Shown: positions 12,564 through 26,549 of the stretch, in pieces | Layout of the letters: each line of letters begins with the position of its first letter | Position numbering within the stretch: position 1 is the stretch's first letter | Assembly (NCBI GenBank): GCA_051453625.1 | Contig: JBOZIK010000001.1 | Coordinates: 39,651,188-39,700,811, forward strand | Origin: Welwitschia mirabilis | Lineage: Eukaryota | Direction of reading: 5' to 3' | Length of the DNA stretch: 49,624 nt | Made by a program: the position numbers and the translations under genes | Notes under the pieces: generated by a model | The model's input: only the letters and a program-made list of their open reading frames with translations | Databases searched by the model: none | What the model was told of the DNA's origin: nothing

Positions 12564-13997
12564 TGAAGAATCTAAAACCATGAGGGGAAAGGAGGGTATG
12601 AGGGGAAGGTGAATATGATTTAAAAATAAAACAAAAATATTTAAAAGCTATCGTCACAAGAAGTGAATACTAAAATATTTATGCAAATGAAAAACTGAAA
12701 ATAATTTGAAAATAAAGAACTAAAAGTACAAAAGTACCAATGGATATTAATACATAGATTATAATGGTTTTATAAACCCCCTACTCCACTCTCAGTGATC
12801 ATCTTCTACCCAATTCTAATCTAAATCTTTGAGAACCTTTATAATCAAACTTTTCTAAGGCTCAGTCTTAATCTTTGGAGAGAATGCTTTAAGATGATNN
12901 NNNNNNNNNNNNNNNNNNNNNNNNNNNNNNNNNNNNNNNNNNNNNNNNNNNNNNNNNNNNNNNNNNNNNNNNNNNNNNNNNNNNNNNNNNNNNNNNNNNN
13001 NNNNNNNNNNNNNNNNNNNNNNNNNNNNNNNNNNNNNNNNNNNNNNNNNNNNNNNNNNNNNNNNNNNNNNNNNNNNNNNNNNNNNNNNNNNNNNNNNNNN
13101 NNNNNNNNNNNNNNNNNNNNNNNNNNNNNNNNNNNNNNNNNNNNNNNNNNNNNNNNNNNNNNNNNNNNNNNNNNNNNNNNNNNNNNNNNNNNNNNNNNNN
13201 NNNNNNNNNNNNNNNNNNNNNNNNNNNNNNNNNNNNNNNNNNNNNNNNNNNNNNNTTCTACCCAATTCTAATCTAAATCTTTGATAACCTTTATAATCAA
13301 ACTTTTCTAAGGCTCAGTCTCAATCTTTGGAGAGAATGCTTTAAGATGATAGTGGCATGCTGTAATACAAAAGTTCCATCAGATCGGAAGCTCAAAAATG
13401 ATATTGCTACACTGCTTAAGATAATAGTATAATCCATGAGTATATAGTACAAACTGATTGACCAAGTACAAATGATAACAATAGATATTTATTCTTCTTT
13501 GATCAAAGAAAAGATGAGCTAAAAAGTTCTACAGTGATTTGAAAAAGTTATTCAATGATTTTTACTATTGAAAAATATATAGGAGAATCTTTTTAGGGTT
13601 TTACAAGTGAAAAAGATTCTCTAAAAAATAAAAAACAGATGTTCAAACAACTATAAAAATCCCATTTTCATCATAGTCAGTTGACTCCTTAAAATATCCA
13701 GTCAATTCAATCTGGTGCCATTACTAAAATTAGTTATACTTATCTTCTTCAGGTTAACCCAAGTTTCTTATAGCTCAATGTCTAGTTAATCCCTCAGGGA
13801 TCTGGTTGACTACATGATCAGTTGATCACATATTTATCTAGTTAACCCCATATCCAAAAAAATGCAAAATAGTATTTATGATTTAGGTTTAGTTGACCCC
13901 TCATAAATCTGATTGATCCTTAATGATAAAGGATGGAAACATTTCATTCTAGGTTTAGTTAACCTCTCTGAAATCCAGTTGACCCCATAATAATTAG
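12564..13997 (-). repeat. LTR of element A (internal gap; right end lost in gap)
   Basis: Colinear with LTR 16035-~17048; SIRE-type ATTCACC..CCCC U5 motif. Confidence 0.85.
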
Positions 13998-14097
13998 NNN
14001 NNNNNNNNNNNNNNNNNNNNNNNNNNNNNNNNNNNNNNNNNNNNNNNNNNNNNNNNNNNNNNNNNNNNNNNNNNNNNNNNNNNNNNNNNNNNNNNNN

Positions 14098-15968
14098 TAA
14101 TGCTAAGTAAATTATGCTTAAGGCCATTAACATATAAAACCTCATTTATCTTAGGCATGTTACCTCCATTAATGATTCGAATTCCTTTGATCTTTACTCT
14201 TTTGTTGTCACCAAAAGTAAGTTCTCCTCCATCAAAGTCATTTAGCTATTTGAATCTAGACTTGTTCCCTATCATGTGTTGAGAGTAGCCACTATATAAG
14301 TACTAACTAGTTCCATTTAATACTTGAAAACTATTTAAATTAAAAGACTTTTTAAATTATTACCTCTCGCCCACTTAGTTCTTTTAGACTAATGTGATAC
14401 ATCTTCTTTTGAAACAAATTTAAAAGAAAAAGTACTAACAGAATCCAAAAAGAGCATTAATTTTCTAGCATTGCAAAATAATTTAGAATGACTTAACTTA
14501 CCACAAAATAACATGTAATTTTTAAAATAAAACTATTTTGCTATGATACCTATTTTAACTGATTTCTTGGTCTTTGAGGAATAAACCCAGTAACTTTCTT
14601 ATTATGAGCTAGTTTTTGTATTCCAAGCATCTATTCCAATTTAGTAAAACCATTGAAAATTTACTTACAAAATGGGACAAATTCTTTACCTCTTAAGAAA
14701 GTTCAAAGTTTTCGGTTTAGTCCATTTTATACTTTGTCTCCAACTCCTCCTTTTCCTTCATTAGAACATTTACTATTTTGTTTAGATCATTAATATGTTT
14801 TACAAATTTTTCACACTCTGGGTAAAGCTCTTAGTAAGTGTTTTCAAGCTATTTTAATCTTCTTTAATAAGATTTAAGTCATCAGGTTTAAATGAACAAG
14901 GCAAGTTTTTTAAGGGAGGAACTAATGCCATGAAATAAAGTTTTCGATCTCCATTTAACTCTTGGCTTAAGTTGCTATCATCTTCTTTGTTTACATTATT
15001 CCATGTAGTAATGAAAAATGATGTCTGTGACTTCCTCTGATCTATTTTGTTATTTAGATATTCATTTGCAATGTGTCCATGTTCCTTGTAAGCATAACAT
15101 TGGATGTCCTTCCCTTTTCCTTGATCGTTTCTGAACTTGAAATGATCTCTTTTTGATCCTTTGCTTGGTTTATCTTGTTTCTTTCTTTTGTGTAAGAAAT
15201 TTTAAATCTCCTTATTAGAAGGACAACTTTGTTGTCATTAAGGTCCTCATCTGATTTTTTTGATCTATATTCTTCTTGCACACTTTTTAAGACAAGACTT
15301 TTATTTTTATCTTTAGTAAATTTGAACTCATAGATTTGATGATTACCTTGTAGTTCCTTAAGTGCCATTTGATTAATATTCTTGCTTTCTTCAATGGTGG
15401 TGATCTTTAGCTCAAAACATTTTGGAAGAAATCTTAATACTTTTCAAACCACCTTTACTTCTTCCATTTTATCATCTAAGCTTATCATAGAATTTATGAT
15501 ATCTATCAGTCTAGCAAAGAAATCTTGAAGTATCTACTCCTCATCCATGCAAATGTCTTTAAACTTGGAAATCAGCATTTGGAGTTTTATGTTCTTAATA
15601 GTAGATGCCCCTTTGTGGGCTGTTTCAAGGATGTCATAAGCTTCTTTTACATGTTCATAGTTCATGATCCTTTTGAAGTCATCTATACATACTGCATAAA
15701 AAATTGCATTAGGAGCATGGGCATCAAGGCTAGTGTTATATTTATTAGTGGAGGTCCATTAATATCAAGTTTTTACTACCACTATGATGTTTTCGTTGGC
15801 ATAGGTTTTGGCCAGTGTGGGAATAGTATAACCATTGTAAATTACCTCCTCTATGTTTACATCTAGGGATTTAAGAAATATTCTTATATGGGCCTTTTAG
15901 TAGGCATAGTTTATTCCATTAAATGTGGATGATATTTTAGTGGAAAAGCCATCTTAAGGGTTACTCAT
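14098..15968 (-). pseudogene. gag-pol: Copia/SIRE element B gag-protease (rest lost at gap)
   Basis: Track ORF 15054-15368 (MALKELQGN..VVLLIRRFK); protease *YLYSGYSQHM near 14270-14305; GLKHNLLS at ~14100. Confidence 0.85.
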
Positions 15969-16020
15969 TTTTAGAGTTTAAGAGTCTAGATCTATTAGGA
16001 CCTACTAAGGACTCAACCTT

Positions 16021-16032
16021 GTTCTGATACTA
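16021..16032 (-). promoter_or_regulatory. PBS (tRNA-iMet), element B
   Basis: Minus strand TAGTATCAGAAC (10/12 match), 2 nt from the LTR. Confidence 0.8.
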
Positions 16033-16034
16033 AA

Positions 16035-17329
16035 TGAATGATCTAGAACCCTAGGGAGGGGGAAGGGTGTGAATAGGATTTAAAAAATTAAACAAAAATA
16101 TTCATAAGCTATCTCCATTAGAAATGAATACTAAAATATTTACGCAAATGAAAAACTGAAAATAATCTAAAGATAAAGAACTAAAAGTACAAAAGTGCCA
16201 AAGAAGATTGACACATAGTTTATATTGATTTAGGAAACCCCCTACTCCACTCTTGGTGATTAGCTTCTATCCAAACTTGATCTAGATCTTCATTAATCTC
16301 TTTCTAGATATTCTAGGCTCACCTATAACCTTTATAATCAAACCTTTTTGAGGTTCAATTTCAACCTTTAAAGAGAACATCATGCGGTAATAATGGTATG
16401 CCATAATGCATAGGTTTCATCAGGTCTTAAGCCCAATAATGGTATTACTACACTACTTTGAGATGATAGTACAATCCACAAATGTATAGTGCAACTGATT
16501 AATCAAGTACAAATGATAATAATAGCTACTTGTTCATCTTTGGTTAGATAAAAGATGTGTCAAAAAGTTCTACAATGCTGCCTAGAATTTCTACAATGAT
16601 GCCTAAAAGTTCTTACAATAATTTTAACTATTGGAAAATATATAGGAGAAGCTTTTTAGGTTTTTACAAGTGAAAAATATTCTCTAATGAATAAAAATAG
16701 GTGTTTAAATAAAAAGAAATATCCCATTTCTGTCATGGCTAGTCGATCCCTTGAAATGTCTAGTTGACTTCATCTAGTATCATCATTAAAGTTAGTCACT
16801 CTTAGCTTCTTCTAATTAACCCAAGTTTCTTCCAGATATATGTCTAGTCAATCCTTTAAGGATCCAATCAACTGCATGTTTAGTTGACCACATATTCATC
16901 TAGTTAATTTCATGTTTAGAAAAATGCAAAATTGTTTTTATGCCTTAGGTCTGATTGACTCCTCATTCCATGTATGACAAAGGATGAAAGCATTTCACTT
17001 TAGGCCCAGTTGACTCCTTTGGAATCTGGTTGACTCCTTGATGATTAGAAGTGACAAATTTAGTGTTTAAGTCCAATTAACCCCTCTAGAATTTGGTTAA
17101 CCCCTCTATAATTTGTTTTTGATACTTTATAATTCAGGTTTGGTAAATTCTTTAGGAATCTAGTCAACCTATTAGAGGATATGAAACTTATCAGGTTTAA
17201 GTAAGGTTGATGATAAAAGATCTTAGCTTCTGACCTATAAGGATTAATATTTTTTGCACAAGATATAACACATTTTGCTAAAAAAAAAAATGTTAGTTTA
17301 ATATCAACTTATCAAATATTAATTTAATA
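16035..17329 (-). repeat. Complete SIRE-type LTR between B and C
   Basis: U5 motif CCTATTCACACCC..CCCTAG, TATA-like CCTATATAT (16638-16646), GTCGAC-derived repeats; right end aligns with the ends of the D LTRs. Confidence 0.85.
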
Positions 17330-17458
17330 ATCTCCGGCTGATCTAACTAGATTTAGTTTGATTTGGAAAAGACTAAATGACCAAATAAAATATGGTCGAC
17401 ATGAATTCTTATCCAAATCTAGTCAACTGAATGTAAGATCTGGTTGACTGCCCTACTT

Positions 17459-20400
17459 TCAATCAAAGGACAGAGGAACAACTCTTAGTTTGTGATGAAG
17501 TCTCAGAAAGTTATCAAAGTTTGGCGGTTTTATGAAAATATTTACTAGTTATTTACTAGTGCTTACAAAATTCATAGAAATGTTGCCTTTTCTACTTGAT
17601 CTTTAATAAAATAATGTCTTAGTTCAATATGTTTAGATCAATAATGTTAAATAGGGTTTTTTGAGATATTAATTGCATAAGTATTTTCACAAAAGATTAG
17701 AACATATTTAAAATTTACTTCAAATTATTTGAGCATTTCTTTCATCATAGAAGATAGGTACAACAACTCCTTGCTACTATATATTCTACTTCTGCTGTGA
17801 AAAGGGAGATATAATTTTTCTTTTTACTTGCTCATCCTACTAAGCATGATCCTAATAGAAAATAATTTTTACTAGTGCTTTTTTTATCATCTTTACAACC
17901 AGCCCAGTATGCATTACTATAACCTATAAGTTTAAAGAAAGTTTATGTATGATACCATAATTTATAATCACTTACATCTTTTATATATCTTATAATCATT
18001 TTGATAGATTGAAGGTGTGATTCCTTTGATTGAGTTTGATATTTAGCATAAACAGTAACATTGAACATTTATCAGTTCTACTTGTGATTAAATACAGTAG
18101 ACTTTCTATCATGCTTCTATAAAGTTTTTAATCCATAGATCTTCCATGTTCATCAAGTTTGACCTTACATGAAATTAAAATAAGTGTGTTGGTTAATTTT
18201 GTATTTTTTATTCTAAATTATTTGATCCAGTTCCTTGAGTATTTAGATTAAGATTTAAAAATTCCCTATTTTATTTGTTTGATTTGAAGACTAAGAAACA
18301 TATGAACTTCACCAAGCATACTCATTTCAAAATGTGTTTATCATAATATTAGCGAATTCTTTTGAAAGAACTTCATTCGAGGCCCAAAAATTATGTTTTC
18401 TATATAGATTTGAATGATGATAAAGTCCTTCTTAAGATTTTTAATAAATAAATTTTTATCCATAGCTCTACAAGTATAACCATTTTCATTAAGAAATATT
18501 GCTAGTTTTTCATATCAAACCCTTGAAGCTTGTTTTAAATCATACAAAGCCTTTTTAAATCTATACACATAGTTTGTTTATGTGGATCTATGAAACCTTG
18601 AGGTTATTTCACATAAACTTCTTCATTGATAGTTCAATTTAGAAAGGTAATTTTCACATCGATTTAAAAAAATTTAATGTTCTTAAAGGCTACATATGAT
18701 AGAAATATTATAATACTGTTTAGTCTAGCCACTAAAGCACATGTATCTCCAACATCTATTCCTTCAATTTGGTTGTATTCTTGGGCTACTAATCTTACCT
18801 TGTTCTTAATAACATTATCTTGTTCATCATACTTGTTCTTAAAGATTCATTTTCTTCCAATTATATTTTGATCTTTTGGTCTTTTTATAAGTTTTTAAAC
18901 ACTGTTTCTTTTGAATTGTTGAAGTTCATCTTACATAGTCATCATTCACTCTTCAATAGATTCTCACTCTTCAAACTTTTGGATTCAATTTGAGAGACAT
19001 AAAAATGTGGGCATAGAAATTTTTAAGAGATTTTCTTATTTGAATTTTTGAGCTTAGATCTCCAATGATAGACTCCAATGGGTAATCTTTAAGCTCTTTC
19101 AACTTTTTGGAAGTAACCTATTAAGATGGCTCTTCTTCCATTTTAGTTATTACTTATTTTATTATGGAGGTTCTTAGAGTTAGATTTTCTTTATCATTTG
19201 AAGGAAGAAGTCTTACACTAAATTCACCTATTTGAACATTTATAGATTCTTCCATTGTTAGACTTTATTTCTTAAAAACTCGATAGGCTCTACTTTTAGT
19301 TGAGCATCCTAAAAATACTATGTCATTAGCTTTGGATTTAAATTTCCTCAAATGTTTTCTATTTTTTAAGATAAATCATTTACTTTCAAATACTTTAAAA
19401 TATGAAACATTTGGTCTTATTTCTTTCCAAAGCTCATGGAGGGTTTTATCCATATTTGTCTTTGATAGACCATATTGATAATGTAGTAAGTAGTGCTTAT
19501 TGATTCAACCCAAAATGTTTTATGAACTTCCTTATCGTTTAGCATTGTTCTTGTCATTTCCTAAAGGACTTGATTTTTTTCCTCTTTGTAATTCCATTTT
19601 TTTGAGGAGTCTTTGGAGTTGAGAATTAATGTTCTATACCATTGTTTAGATAATACTTCTCAAAAAGATGATTTTTAAAATCTCCTTTGTGATTACTTCT
19701 AATTTTTTTAATAGTGTATTCTTTCTCATTTTGGATTTTTTTGTAGATTTTCATACAACTTTTAAAAGTTTCAGATTTGTTTCCTAAGAAAGCAATCTAA
19801 GTAAATCTAGAGTAGTTATTAATCATAGTTAAGAAATATCATTTTTATCCTAGACTTTTAGTTTGGGTAGGAACCATCAAATCCATGTGAATCAGTTCAA
19901 GTGGCATTGTTGAGGAGATTAGGTTTTTACTTTTATAAGAAGTCCTGACTTATTTTCCTTTTTAATAAGCATCACATAGCCCATGTTTTTGAATGTTAAT
20001 ATTGAGGATTCATTTCACAATCTCTTTTGTAATGATGATTTTGAGATGATCATAGTTTACATATCCTACTTGTTGGTGCCATAATTTTGCTTGATTTATA
20101 TGACAAAAATAACAAACAGATAAAGATTCATCAATGTTGTAAGCATTATCTATTCAATTTGCTGTAAAAAAAATCATTTATTTTACCATGTTTAGCTTCA
20201 TACTTCTGACTATCAAAAATAACTTTATGATCTTTATTATAGATTTAATAAATACTCAGTAAATTATGTTTAAGACCATTCACATATAGAATTTTATTAA
20301 TTTTAGGCATGTTACCTCCATTGATGCTTTAATTCCTTCAACCTTTACTTTTACATTGTCACCAAATCTTACTTCCCCTCTATCAAAGTCATCTGAATGT

Positions 20401-22127
20401 TGGAATCTTAATTTGTTACTTATCATGTATAGAGAACAACCACTATTCAAGTACTAGCAAGTTCCATTTGATACTTTAAAAGTTGTTTAGATTAATAAAG
20501 TTTTTAAATTATTAGCCCTTATGCACTTAGTTCACTTAGACTGTTCTTGTACACATCCCCTTGGGATAAATTTAAATGGAAAAGTACTAATAAAATTTGA
20601 ATAGAGCATTGACTTTTTAGCATTACAAAATAACTTTTAATGATCTACTTTTCCACAAAAATTACATGTAATTTTTAACATAGAGTTATTTTTCTATGTT
20701 ACCTAATTCAACTGATTGTGCGATTTTTGAGAGATGAATCCAATATCTTTCTTATCATGATTTAGCATTTGTATTCCAAGCATCTGTTTTAATTTACTTA
20801 AACTATTTGAAAATTTATTTACAAAGTGAGTCAAGATTTTTACTTCTTGAATTACCTCAAAGCTTTCTATTTTATCCATCCTATACTTTATCTCTATTTC
20901 TTCCTTTTCGTTTTTTAGAGCCTTCACTATTTTATTTAGTTCATTGATTTATTTTACCAATTTTTCACGTTCTGAATAAAGTTCTTAATAAGTATCTTTT
21001 AGCTCCTTTTAATCTTCTTTAATAAGATCTAAATCATTTAGTTTTATTAAGCAAGGCATGTTTTTTATGGAAGGGACTACTATCATGAAAGAAAGTCTTC
21101 TATCTCCATCTGACTCTTGGCTTGAGCTATTATTATCTTCTTCATCTACATTATCCTAGATGGCAATTAAGGATGATGTCTTCGATTTCCTCTAATGTCT
21201 TTTCTTGTTTAGACATTCGTTTGTAACATGTTCATATTCCTTACAAGTATAGCATTGGATCTTCTTTTCTTTTTCTAGATCTTTACTTAGTTTAGAATGA
21301 TTCCTCTTTGATCCCTTACTTGGTTTATCTTCTCTCTTTCTTCTGTGTAAGAATTTTTTAAATCTCCTTACTAAAAGAACAACTTCATCTTCATTAATGT
21401 TTTCATCTAATTTTTTAAATCTAGATTCTTCTTGCATACTTTTCAATGCCAGACTTTTTTTTTTAAATTTTTTTATAAAAATTTAACTCATAAGTTTGAA
21501 AATTACCTTGAAGTTCCTCAAGTGTCATTTAAGTAATGTTCTTTTTTTTCTCAATAACTGTGACTTGTGGCTTAAAGCATTTTGGGAAAGATCTTACAAC
21601 TTTTTGTACAATGTTTTTTCCATCCATTTTCTCACCTAGACTTGTCATAAAGTTTACTATGTCTATTAGTCTAATAAATAACTCTTGTAAAGTCTCTTAT
21701 TCCTCCATGTAAATATCTTCAATCTTGGAGATAAGCATCTATAAATTTTCCTACTTTACAGTGGATGTTCCTTCTTGTGTTATTTCAATAATATTGCAAG
21801 ATTCTTTGGCATGTTCATAGTTTACAATCATCTTGAATTCATTTGTACACACTACATAAAAAATGCCATTAAGAGCAATAGCATCTAGGTGGTCTTGGCT
21901 TTGTTGGTAGGGGTCCATTGGTCTTAAGATTTTTCTATTACTATAGTGATTCTGTTACTATTAATTTTGGATAGTGTAGGCATAATATATCTATTTTAGA
22001 TTACCTCCTTCATTTCTACATATAAGGATCTAAGGAAGATTCTCATATGAGACTTCTAGTAAGCATAGTTTATCCCATCAAACATGTGTGGTCTTCTAGT
22101 ATAGAGGCCATCAGAACGATTATTCAT
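17459..22127 (-). pseudogene. gag-pol: Copia/SIRE element C full gag-pol (gag, PR, IN, RT, RNase H), degenerate
   Basis: CYTCKEYEHVTNEC knuckle; *YLNSGCSLYM protease; PLELIHMDL integrase (~19880); YGLKQASR and FEMSMLGE RT; TAEVEY RNase H. Copia domain order. Confidence 0.93.
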
Positions 22128-22179
22128 AGTTAGGGTTTAGAAGTCTAGATTTATTAGGATCTACCAATGATTCAACCTT

Positions 22180-22191
22180 ACTCTAATACCA
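22180..22191 (-). promoter_or_regulatory. PBS (tRNA-iMet), element C
   Basis: Minus strand TGGTATTAGAGT, 2 nt from the LTR. Confidence 0.85.
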
Positions 22192-22193
22192 AA

Positions 22194-22903
22194 TGAAGGA
22201 TCTAGAACCCTTATGAGGGAGGGTTAAATAGGATTTTAAAAAAGATAAATTCAAAGGCTATCTCTACAAAGTATTGAATACTACTATTTATACATGTGAA
22301 ATACCAAAAATTATCTAAAGAAAAATAATTAAAAATATAAAATACTAATGGAATTTGATAGAACTATAATTTATAGTGGTTCAAGAAATACTGTAATTCA
22401 CTCTCGACAATCAACTTCTATCCAAAGCTAATCACGATCTTTATTACTCATGTTTTAAGTATCTCATATTCCCCTATAACCTTTTATAATTAGACTTTTT
22501 AAAGACTTAGTTTTAACCTTTTGAGATAATGTTTTTTAATATCAATAGTATGCCATAATGTAGATGATTCACTAGATCTAAGTTATAATAATAATAGTAT
22601 TACACTATCTAAAATGATATCACAAATCCAAGTACATATAGTGCAAACTGATTGACCAAAGGGCTGATAATAAAAAAGATGCTTATTCAATTTTTTAGTC
22701 ACCTGATAATAAAAAAGATGCTCATTCAAATTTTTAGTCAAGTAAAAAAGAGGTACAATGATTTTGACAGATGAGGAATATATAGGAGATAATTTTAGGA
22801 CTTTACAAGTAGATGTAATCCTCTAATGGGTAAAAACAGAAAGGCAATATCTAGAAAAATCCCATTTCCATTACAACTAGTCAACTCCTCAAAATGTCTA
22901 GCT
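22194..22903 (-). repeat. Element C 5' LTR, part 1 (interrupted by D)
   Basis: Colinear with 16035-~16765 up to AAATGTCTAGCT. Confidence 0.85.
22664..22740. repeat. 39-bp tandem duplication in the C LTR
   Basis: CTGATAATAAAAAAGATGCT(T/C)ATTCAA(T/A)TTTTTAGTCA at 22664 and 22703. Confidence 0.95.
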
Positions 22904-24403
22904 TGATAGGATCGAGAATCCTTAAGGGGAGATGAATAAGTTCTTTAAAATTAACTAAATAAACTCAAAATTTAATAAAAAATTGCTCAAAATAATTTGA
23001 TAATAAATTCATGTATACAAAAAACAAAAAAAAACTTAAAAGTATTCAAAGTAATGAAACTAATAGAAAGCATAAAATACCAAATAGATGCATGTAGGAT
23101 TTTATAGTGATTCAAGAAATCCTCTACTCTACTCTCAATGATTAGCTTATTACTAAGCTTGATATGGATCTTTTTTACTCTTCTAAGTATTGTAGGTTCA
23201 CTTGTAACTTTTACAAATGGACTTTTAAAGCTAAGTCTCAATCTTTTCAATAGATTTTCGTAGGCTAAGCCTCAACCTTTTAACAAAATTTTGTAAGCTA
23301 AGTCTCAACATTTTATAATATAAGATAGTAACAAAATAATATCAAGATACACAAATATCACTTATTCTTTGGAACAATGATTTTGACCGAGGTCTTCTCT
23401 TGTAAAAGATGCAATAATGTAGTACAAGATTTGACCTTGCATGTAATGATATAATAAATAATAGATCATCCTTGATCATGATTACAATGCTAAGATGCTA
23501 TAGTAAATATCACAATATTCAGTCCTTCAATCAAGAGTCAAAAAAATTCCTTTAGTCATCTCTCTTTTTGATATTTATATTAACAATTTTTAGATTTTAT
23601 TACAATTGAAAATGTGCTTTTAATGGCTATAAATTGCTAGAAAATGGATATCTAATGAATACATAACAGATAGAAAATTTCATTTCCATTCCAGTCAGTC
23701 AACCCCTTAAAATTCTGGTCAACTTCTCAAAAGTCCAGTCGATCCCTCCTAGTGCCATGACTTACATAATTTACTTGAGTAAACTTTTTGGTCATTCTAG
23801 TTTCTTACGGATCCATATCACCCCTTAGGGTCCAATTGACCCCCATCCACTCAGCCACAATTATGTCTGGTGCTCAGTAGTCTTGATAAAAGTTCATTCC
23901 AATTTTCTGCATCAGGTTTGATTAACTCCTTTAAAGATCTAATTGATTTCTTAACAATCAATTTAGGAGTATTATTCTTAGGTTCACAGATCTAGTCGAT
24001 CCCATCATAGGTCCAATCAACCCTTTGACATTCAGTTTAAGGATACTGCTCTTAGGTTCACAAATTCAGTCAATCCCTTAAAAATATGAACAATCCTTTA
24101 AGACTCGATTTAGGTATACTAGCTCTTAGGACCATAGGTTTAGTCAACCCCTAAGAAATCTAGTTAATAACTCTAAATTCAGTTCAATTCTAAGAGTATG
24201 ATCTAGGTGCAGTCGATCCCTTAAAAGTCTGGTTAACCCCTCAAGAGGCTAATTAAACTTGACAGATTTCTAGTAATCATATTTTAACATCCATGACTTT
24301 ATCATATAACTTGTAAGTGGTTAATAATTTCTATACAATATACACAAAATTTTCTACACAGAAAATATTATTTTGACATTAATTGGTAAAACATAATATA
24401 ATA
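22904..24403 (-). repeat. Element D 3' LTR
   Basis: Direct repeat of 28777-30222; abuts the PPT. Confidence 0.92.
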
Positions 24404-24404
24404 A

Positions 24405-24416
24405 TATCCCCCTTTG
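24405..24416 (-). promoter_or_regulatory. Polypurine tract of D
   Basis: Minus strand CAAAGGGGGATA vs Sirevirus AGGGGGAGA, 1 nt before the LTR. Confidence 0.85.
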
Positions 24417-24987
24417 ACATTAATAGGAAATAGTACTTAGTTGTAAAAATATTTAGTATTGAGAAAATTCCTCCTCATGAAATGCCTATTATTCTTTGCA
24501 AAAATATTAAGCTTTTTGAAACCAATTAAAGACATTTTAATAATTCTAATTTTGTGTTAAAAATAAAAACAATTTAGGGTACACATTTAAAGAGTTAAGA
24601 AGAATACCAAAATGTTCTTAAACAATCACATTTATTAGAAGCACATTTTGATCATTGACAATTCTAGAGTTCATTTTCAATATATGATAAAAACATTTAA
24701 TTCTTTAATATTTAGCATACTAGACAATTAAACTTCATATAGAAATGTGATTTGCACTTTAAAAATTTGAGACATAGATTTGGCACAAATTGAAGAGAAT
24801 AAAACAAGTGCATTTTTATTTCATTAAACATAAGCAATATAAAGTAATAGTTCTCATTAAAAGTAAGCTACATCTGAAAGCATAACATCTAAAACATAAG
24901 ATCTAAAAATATAAGATACATACAAATAATTCTTACCCTTTTAACATCAATGATAAAGGAGAGAACATAAGCACACAAGTAAAAACT

Positions 24988-26196
24988 TAATCAAATGAAG
25001 AACTCTAATTAGATTCCTCTTCTTCTTCTTCTTCTTCTTCTTCAAAATCTTTTTGAAAATCTTCTTCTTCTTCTTCTCCTCCTATGCATGCTAAGTGAGT
25101 GGCTACTGCTAAAGTATCAGCACTGTGATAACCAACTACAATGTGGGCTTACTTCATATGTNNNNNNNNNNNNNNNNNNNNNNNNNNNNNNNNNNNNNNN
25201 NNNNNNNNNNNNNNNNNNNNNNNNNNNNNNNNNNNNNNNNNNNNNNNNNNNNNNNNNNNNNAATGTGATACCCAACTACAATGAGGGCTTACTTCATATG
25301 TCTAGTATTGGAATCAATCCGTCTCAGGTATGAAAAAGTCTTATCAGAAGAGGATTCTTTATGAGAGGATAATTTTAAAGACTTCTTAGAAGGGGTAAAG
25401 ATGTGCATGCGGGATAGTATTACATACCTAATGGGTGCTATGGGATAGATGGTTTCAATCTTAGGATGAAAAGAGACTTGAAAATGATGACACAAATTTG
25501 TGATTAGTATAAAGTAGAGTAAGGTCCTAGTTGTGTGATACTCCAACTGAGAGACCATATTCATTAGTATAATGGTAGAAGAATTAATAAAATGATTAGT
25601 ACTTACCAGATATATCAAATATGCTTTATAGCTAGAGGCCTTATCATGATGCCCCACTAATAGCAGAAAATTATAAGTAAAGGCAAAATGAAGAAAACAG
25701 TTTTTGGGTGTAAGCAAGAAAGTAGAAATGGTATGTTTTCAAGACTGAATCTTATCACAAATCTTCCTTATAACTATTGGTTTATCTTTTAAGAAACTAT
25801 AAAGAGGCTAAAACTCTTTATAATAACCTCTAAGAAGATTAGTAAGATTATAAATAAGATTTGTAGTGATCCCTAGTCACTTTGCCAAAACAAGGGTTCC
25901 AAAAGTTCCTGATCATAATGATAAATTGCATTGCAGTAAAAGATATGAGTAAAAAAAGGATAAGTATGACTAGAAACATCTAGAAAATAGTCAAGATTTT
26001 GATTTCTCAAGAGCTAAATCACCTCCTTGAGCTCTTCAAGCTCTAATGTATCCATAGACTATTCTTGATAGATAGGCTTCTTTTCAAACTTTTCTAAAAA
26101 CTTCTTAACATCCTCCTCAGACATCGCTTGGTAGAAGTAAGATGGATCTCATACTAGAGGTTTATTGACTCTTTTTATTAAGGAACTTTCAGCCAT
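24988..26196 (-). pseudogene. Sirevirus env-like extra ORF of D (degenerate; contains a gap)
   Basis: ATG at 26196: MAESS...KFEKKPIYQE...YFLDVSSHTYPFFTHIFYCN; track ORF 25289-25717 (FLHFAFTYNF..GHH..YLIY..IN..LYFILITNLCHHF); poly-Glu tail from GAA repeats. Lies between pol and PPT. Confidence 0.8.
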
Positions 26197-26549
26197 TTTA
26201 GCCTTTCTACAAGAGCTTGAAAGTAAAAAAAACCACAAAACATCACTGGATCTAGGAGGAAAAGCTCTAGATTTGGAAGAGGAAAGATGTTAGAATACAA
26301 TGAAAATGACCTAGGCATCTCTTTCTTTTATAGAGGAGGTAGATTAGGGCATTTTAAAGAAAAAATTAGGTCCACTGATGGTACTTCTGCACTATGATCT
26401 ATTAGGTCTAATGGACTGGTTGAGCTTCTAGTTAACTCATTGAGATGTGGATCTATAGTATAGGAAGAGGTCTAGGAGACTAGGCTTTCAGACTAGTCGA
26501 ATGACCACATCTGATTGACTGAATCATGGATCCAATCAACTGCCCTACA

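Noticed and set aside
12804..13350. Near-identical 95-bp direct repeat flanking a gap (similarly ~25125-25301 and ~37252-37570)
   Set aside because: Each pair exactly flanks an N gap with only one or two mismatches; most likely unmerged contig or haplotype overlap, not biology.
23690..24245. Regularly spaced short repeats resembling a CRISPR array
   Set aside because: Degenerate ~10-bp units inside duplicated plant LTRs; no cas genes.
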